Assembly: GCA_963555755.3 (NCBI GenBank)
Contig: OY820905.2
Coordinates: 960,001 to 1,024,000 of the forward strand
Reading direction: 5' to 3'
From: Nitrospirales bacterium
Lineage (GTDB): Bacteria > Nitrospirota > Nitrospiria > Nitrospirales > UBA8639
DNA: 64,000 nucleotides
In this document: positions 58,282 through 64,000 of the stretch, piece by piece
Layout of the letters: each line of letters opens with the position of its first letter
Numbering within the stretch: the first letter of the stretch is position 1
Notes under the pieces: generated by a model
What the model saw: only the letters and a program-made list of their open reading frames with translations
Databases searched by the model: none
Told to the model about the DNA's origin: nothing
Translations under genes and position numbers: made by a program

Positions 58282-59750
58282 CAATACTGTTCACTTAGAT
58301 GAAAATCTGTTATACTTCGCCTCCACACGTAATCTGGGAGGAGGCAACATGGCAAGAAAGAAAGTCGGCTTGGGGGCGGGGGCTCGATTGGCGGATTATT
58401 TGAGCACGGGATTACTGGCTCGTGCCTTTCCGGTGGCCATCATCAACGAAGAACTTGACGCACATCATTGTAACAGTGAACGTGTCCGCACCTTTCCCGC
58501 TTCTGCCGTGGTGTACTACACCATGGCGTTGAGCTTATACAGCGAGGCCGCGTACGAAGCGGTGTTTGCCGCTGTGGCCCAAGGGCTGGCATGGAAAGAC
58601 CACAAACCCGTTGCTCCCGTGACCGTTGTCAAATCCGCCATCAGCAAAGCCCGCTCACGGCTGACGTGGCAGGCGCTGAAAGCCATTGGACAGCGCTGCT
58701 TGCGCCCGTTGGCTCGTCCAGAGCATGCCCACGCCTTTTTTGCAGGCTACCGACTCGTCGCGATAGATGGCTCCAACTTTGAGGTCCCGGATGAGGAAGC
58801 CAATGTGCAAGCCTTTGGGTACCCAGGGAGCCGAACCGGGCAGGCCGGCTACCCCCAAGCCCAGTGCGCCATTTTGACGGAATGTGCCAGTCACGCCATT
58901 TTGGATGCCGAACTAGGGGCCTATAAGCAGGCCGAATGGGAGGTGGCCGCGCCCTTGGTGCGTCGCCTCACGCCCGACATGCTCTGCATGGCCGATCGCG
59001 GCTTTGTCGGGTACGCCCATTGGCAGGCCGGCCTTCAGACCGGAGCGCAACTACTCTGGCGCATGCCGAAGAGCTTGATCCTTCCAGTTGACAAGCTGTT
59101 GGACGATGGCTCGTACCTGAGCCATCTGTATCCCAGTGAACGCGCCAGAAGAAAGCGAATTGATGGGATCGCCATCAGGGTGATTGAGTATGTCTTACCG
59201 CAGGGGCCCAATAGCGAACCGCTGTACCGTCTCGTCACCACGCTGCTGGATGACCAAGGCGCACCCGCCCAGGACCTGGCTCAACTGTATCACGAGCGCT
59301 GGGAGGTGGAATTGGTGTTTGATGAGCTGAAGACGCACCTGAGGCAACGTCGTCGCGTCCTGCGCAGTAAAACGCCAGAGTTGGTGCGTCAAGAGTTCTA
59401 CGGATGGGTGATGGCCCACTACGCCGTGCGCTGGTTGATGTATCAAGGGGCCACCCAGGCAGACATCCCTGACCGCACGGTATCTTTTACGGCCACGGTG
59501 CAGTTAGTGCGTCGAACCCTGCCCCAATCTGGGGCCCTTCCCCCCTGAGCGCCAAAAAACATGGTATCGGCTGCTGTTTGAGGCGACGGCGAAACTGTTG
59601 TGTGAATCCAGTCGTGGAAAAATCAAGCCGAGGATGGTGAAACGCCGAAACTCTCCATACGCACCGTACAAACGTCCGAGACCGCCCGTTGCGCAAATTG
59701 ACTGGACACCATCCATCAAACCACCGAAGATATCTAAGTGAACAGTATTG
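58282..59750 (+). mobile_element. IS4-family element (1469 bp), second copy; transposase 58349-59548
   Basis: Same TIR as 23351-24819; 10-bp TSD GGTCAGGTCT. Confidence 0.95.
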
Positions 59751-59792
59751 GGTCAGGTCTCACATTCCTACCGGCCCTGTTGTACGCAAGCC

Positions 59793-59954
59793 ATGGCCAG
59801 ACCATTGCACCTGGAATTTGCGGGTGCGGTGTATCATGTCACCTCAAGAGGAGACAGACGCGAGGTCATCTCTCGGGCTGCTGACAATAGAGAACACGGG
59901 CTGGAAGTCTTTGCCAGCGTCTGTGAAAGTTTCAACTGGGTCGTGCAGGTGTAG
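59793..59954 (+). pseudogene. RAYT N-terminal fragment flanked by inverted GGTCAGGTCTCACATTCCTAC motifs
   Basis: MARPLHLEFAGAVYHVTSRGDRRE; motif at 59751-59771 is inverted at 59951-59971. Confidence 0.85.
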
Positions 59955-60353
59955 GAATGTGAGACCTGACCTAATACTCCGGACCCTTGTCATTGGATGA
60001 ATATCACCGACGCTCTCAGAGGAGAAATGAAGCGATAACCAGGCTTATCTATCAGGTGCTTACACAATGGCGGAATTCGGCGGTCATTTTTGTCTACACT
60101 GTATGGCGGTGAGTCGAGCCGTGCAACAATTTGAAGGAACACAGCATCCCATGTAGGAATGTTAGAACTGCCCCCCAACCGACCCCCAACCTAAAATCCC
60201 CCGCAGCGGGGGTGGATACGCAAAAACCAAGCTATCCTTCCTGGGCAATGACTGCTGTGGCTGGCTGCGACGCCGGTTGTAGGGTTTGCTCTGGTTTTTG
60301 TCCCTACGAGGTGGTATATTAGTACTTAAGGTATCAACCAGAAAGGAGCAATT

Positions 60354-60845
60354 ATGACTTACAAAAATGCAGTAGTGATCACGATCGCGATTGTTGGGTT
60401 TCTGCTGACGGCGTGGATGGCCCCGGTGGCCTTTGCCGGAAAATGCGACTTGACCGACCTTGACTGCTGGGGCCCGGATCAGAAGTGCAACATCAAGTTC
60501 AAGAACGAGACGGGCATGGGCTCAGGTTCCGGTGGCCGGACGGGCTACGAACAGATATCGAGCGCCGCAACGATCAAGCTGTCGGCCAGGAAGGAAGACG
60601 GGACGAGAGCGGGGAGAAACACGCTGCAGATTCTCGCAGGAGCCGACAAGACCATGAATCTCGACAAGAAGAATGATTTCAACAGCATACGGATAGACAG
60701 GCTCGGGAGCCAAGCCCAGCTATTTTGCCAAGACATAAAAACAACCTTGAAAGGCAACGGTGTCTGCAAGGTCTTCGTGGGCCAGATATTCGGCAAATCA
60801 CAAACAGTCGTCAACTGTGACAACGGCAACGTCCTTGGCGGGTGA
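60354..60845 (+). CDS. Secreted Cys-rich hypothetical protein (paralog 1)
   Basis: AAGGAG RBS; signal peptide ending AFA-G; CDLT.L.CWGP..KCNIKFKNETG. Confidence 0.8.
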   Translation: MTYKNAVVITIAIVGFLLTAWMAPVAFAGKCDLTDLDCWGPDQKCNIKFKNETGMGSGSGGRTGYEQISSAATIKLSARKEDGTRAGRNTLQILAGADKTMNLDKKNDFNSIRIDRLGSQAQLFCQDIKTTLKGNGVCKVFVGQIFGKSQTVVNCDNGNVLGG

Positions 60846-61116
60846 GAGCAAGACGCTCAAGCTGGTACCGGACCACATTAACTACGGGAGCGGTGACGAG
60901 CCCGTCTGCAACCTCACCGAGTACACCGAGATCTGGCTGCGAGTAGAGATCGCAGGCGGCGATATCGAATCGTGCCGCACGGATGGCAAGAAGTTCTCTT
61001 ACGCGCCGGAGGGCGGCAAGCGGCGGCACCACCCTGAACAACAACCGATGCAAGCCCGGGACCTACACACCCCTAGGGTGCATCCCTGACGAGAAGATCT
61101 CTAAGAGGAGGAGAAA

Positions 61117-61614
61117 GTGATGAAGACGCTCGCGATTTCTGCGTTTCTGCTGACCGGCTTGATCTCCTCGGCGGCCTCCGCCCAATGCGACCTGACCGGC
61201 TTGGAATGCTGGGGTCCGCACAAGAAGTGCAACATCAAGTTCAAGAACGAGACGGGCATGGGCTCAGGTTCCGGTGGCGGGACCGGCCACGATCAGGTTT
61301 CATCCGTGGCAACGATCAAAGTGTCGGCCCGCAAAGGGGATAATACGAGGGCGGGGAGCAACACGCTGCAGATCGCGGCGGGAGCCAACAAGACCATGAA
61401 TCTCGACAAGAAGCAAGGCTTTGACAAGATACGGATAGAGAATGTGCTCGGGGGCCGATCCCCCAAACTGACATGCGACGATATAAAAAAGACCTTGAAT
61501 GGCAGTGGTATCTGTAAGGTCTTCAAAGCACTGGATCCGGATGGGATACTATGGCTGGCCGTCACTTGCAATAATGCCGAGGTTGTTGTAATTGCCGAGA
61601 AGTTTCCCGAATGA
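61117..61614 (+). CDS. Secreted Cys-rich hypothetical protein (paralog 2)
   Basis: GAGGAG RBS; signal peptide ending ASA-Q; six Cys aligned with paralog 1. Confidence 0.8.
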   Translation: MMKTLAISAFLLTGLISSAASAQCDLTGLECWGPHKKCNIKFKNETGMGSGSGGGTGHDQVSSVATIKVSARKGDNTRAGSNTLQIAAGANKTMNLDKKQGFDKIRIENVLGGRSPKLTCDDIKKTLNGSGICKVFKALDPDGILWLAVTCNNAEVVVIAEKFPE

Positions 61615-62265
61615 CAACGATCTCGACGACCCACTTGCAGGCCTACCAGGCCGAGGGTATGAGCCACCGGCACCGTGCCGGTCTCTCCCGACGAAAGACC
61701 GCACAGTTCACTGGGCTATGGCCCGATCTGGTTAAATGAAGCTGCTAGACAACACCACCAGATTTAGGAGAGCCTCCACCAAGCGCAAGGTTGCAGTTCT
61801 ACGATGACGGATTTAGTGGACATAAAAGCCACCCCAAATCCTTCGGTTGGACTTTCGTTGAGATTCTTTTGATTCGGCACTGCTATGCTCGTCGCTCCAA
61901 AGTTCAGATTGCGGCATAGCGAGCGGGTGCCACGCATGTCGCAAGGGCACGTTATCTTAGATAGTGATATTCAACATTCTGTGTGATTCGACTCCTGGGG
62001 TTGCCCTCCTTGCTCCTGTCCTGGGTGCCACCTATGGCTAATTCAAGCTTAGGGACGTTCACCTAACTAGCTGTTTTGGTTGCACGCTCGATGATCTATA
62101 TCCCCTGAGAAGAACGAGGGACGCGGCGATGCTCATCCTTACGGATCATGCAGAATGTAGGGTTCTGGCAGCACAATACGATCAGGTGCACATAAAGTTA
62201 TGGCACTCCTCGTGGGTGATGTCGCCTCTCCTTTTGAGCGAATGGCGTCGTCTTGTATTTTTAGG

Positions 62266-62310
62266 ATAGGGGTAGGGAGGGCGCATTGAGTTGCGCTCCC
62301 CCTCCCTCCG
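62266..62310 (-). mobile_element. 3' end (domain VI) of a second copy of the 47.6-kb intron, acting as host for a nested intron
   Basis: 45 nt identical to 47632-47676. Confidence 0.88.
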
Positions 62311-64000
62311 GTAGGGTCGAGGACTGGCGCGCCAACGGTAGGGGTCGGTGGCTCCTCCACCCCTTTCAGAGTGGGCCTCAATCCGACTCCCCTGGTCACG
62401 GTTCCAGTCCCCGCCACCTCAAACCCGGCGTGCTGATTTCCAGCACCGGGCTTTCCTGGATGCTTCACCTCAAGGGTTATGTGACCTCTCAGCCTGGAAG
62501 GACTTTCATGCCGACCCGTTGTACCGCACTCGGTAATCTCCATATAAGCCGAGTACCGTGTAGAGCCAAACCTTACTCCACCTCTTCCAGCCAAAACCTC
62601 GACGGTGGCGCACTCGCATCATGTGCCGCCGGACCTTCCGCTCCACCCAATCCTTCACGTAGGAGAAACACCGACTCGCATGCCCAATCCGAAAGTCGTT
62701 CACCCAGCCCCGTACGATCGGATTGATCATCGCGATCATCCGTCCCACCGGCTGGGATTGTCCGCGTCGGAACACTGCCTTGAGCTTCCGCAGCCACGCG
62801 GTGCGCCGCTTCACCTTCGGTATGTACTGCGGGCGCCACACCCCACGCCGCGACCGCACACGCCGAAAGTCAAAGCCCAGAAAGCCGAAGCTGCCTCCCT
62901 GACTCAGGTCCACGATCCGGCTCTTCTCCTCATTCACCTGAAGGGCTCATTGGGCCAACGCCTCTCGCAGCTTCCGCTCCGCGACCTGCGCCAGTTGTGC
63001 GTGGCGGCGATAGCCATCCACTAACACGACGAGGTCATCCGCAAACCGAACATACTCGAGATACGTATACTGGCCCTGCCGGGTTGTCTCCTTCAGCTGC
63101 TCCAGCCTCTCATCCACTTCCGTGAGATAGAGGTTGGCCAGCAGCGGGGCAATCACACCCCCTTGAGGCACCCCACGCGGGCCGGACGCCTTGACGATGA
63201 GGTTCACCAGCCGCAGGATCGCGGGATCCTGGATGCGTCGGGCCACCTTCGCCAGCAGCCGGTCATGCCGCACCGTGTCGAAGAAGGCCGCCAGATCCAC
63301 ATCAATCACTCGCGTCTTGTTCTGCACCATCGCCTGAGCCACCCGGCCAATCGCCTGGTGGGCTGTCCGTTTCGGGCGATACCCATACGACCCATCACGA
63401 AAATCCGCCTCAAAGATCGGTTCCAGCAGGAGCTTGAGCGCTCCCTATACCACGCGGTCCCGAATCGCGGGTATCCCTAAGACGCGGACTCGTCCACCGC
63501 CTTTCGAAATCTCCACGTGCCGGTTCCGCATCGGTCGGTAGGTCTGCGTGACCAGTTCGTCCCGCAGTCGTGCAAGAAAGGGCTCCACCCCCGTGGCCTC
63601 GATGACCGCAAACGTCACCCCATCAATGCCGGGGGCTCCGTTGTTTTTCTTGGCCATCGCATAGGCCGCGCGTAGCGTCGCCTCTTTGCACACGTGGACG
63701 TACAGGCCCCACACCCGCCATCGCTTCTCAGCCTTCGCCTTGACGTAGAGCCGCTGTCGCAGGTCTTGCAGTGTAATGGACGCCGTTGTCATCTCGTCCC
63801 TGCCTCCCATGTTGATCACAGCCTACAGCCAGTAGGGCTCCTTTGCTCCACAGGCATTACCCTGCTTCCTCGCTCCTACGAGCCCCTCCGCCACCCTCTC
63901 GTCTTCGACTCACTTCCCAGAGAGCTGGTTATAGAGCCGATCTTCCTCCAGGGATTTCGCCCTGGGACAAGGAGGGCTTCTCCAGTTGCGTCGTCTGTCC
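62311..64000 (-). mobile_element. Group II intron (5' end beyond the window); RT pseudogene 63792->62506
   Basis: Domain V AAGCCCGGTGCTGGAAATCAGCACGCCGGGTTT; 3' GACCCTAC; LGIP.IRDRVV, PQGG and FADD motifs; stops at 63445 and 62947. Confidence 0.9.

Overview
A bacterial chromosomal window. Gene content and repeat families suggest Nitrospirales, but that is my inference only. The left ~23 kb is mostly ordinary genes: a multi-PAS/GAF sensor, DUF2959, YnfA, TerC, aldo/keto reductase, DUF2182/DUF1326, fdhD plus a YdeP-like molybdoenzyme, rsmJ, CBS, NYN and a methyltransferase. These are interspersed with MITEs and REP-like hairpins, some nested three deep. The right ~41 kb is dense with mobile elements: IS4 (three kinds), ISAs1 x3, IS66 x2, IS1595, IS3, IS256, IS481 and RAYT remnants, and five group II intron copies or fragments. 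Six toxin-antitoxin pairs are spread across the window, along with an inverse autotransporter and small secreted Cys-rich proteins. Main signals: (1) three unrelated IS families (ISAs1, IS66, IS4/Tn5-like) each carry a DUF4338 (DruA-like, Mom-like motif) domain, six copies within 20 kb. (2) Decayed mobile elements show a strong one-directional A:T->C:G substitution bias. (3) Gene blocks downstream of the YdeP-like gene are separated by diverged copies of that gene's own 3' end plus a REP hairpin. (4) A csrA gene is split and circularly permuted around a 12.3-kb segment with an 8-bp duplication, which looks like a cointegrate. (5) One IS4 element and the group II introns insert at specific sequences or structures inside other repeats. 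All alignments and counts were done by eye; family names come from motif recognition, not database searches.
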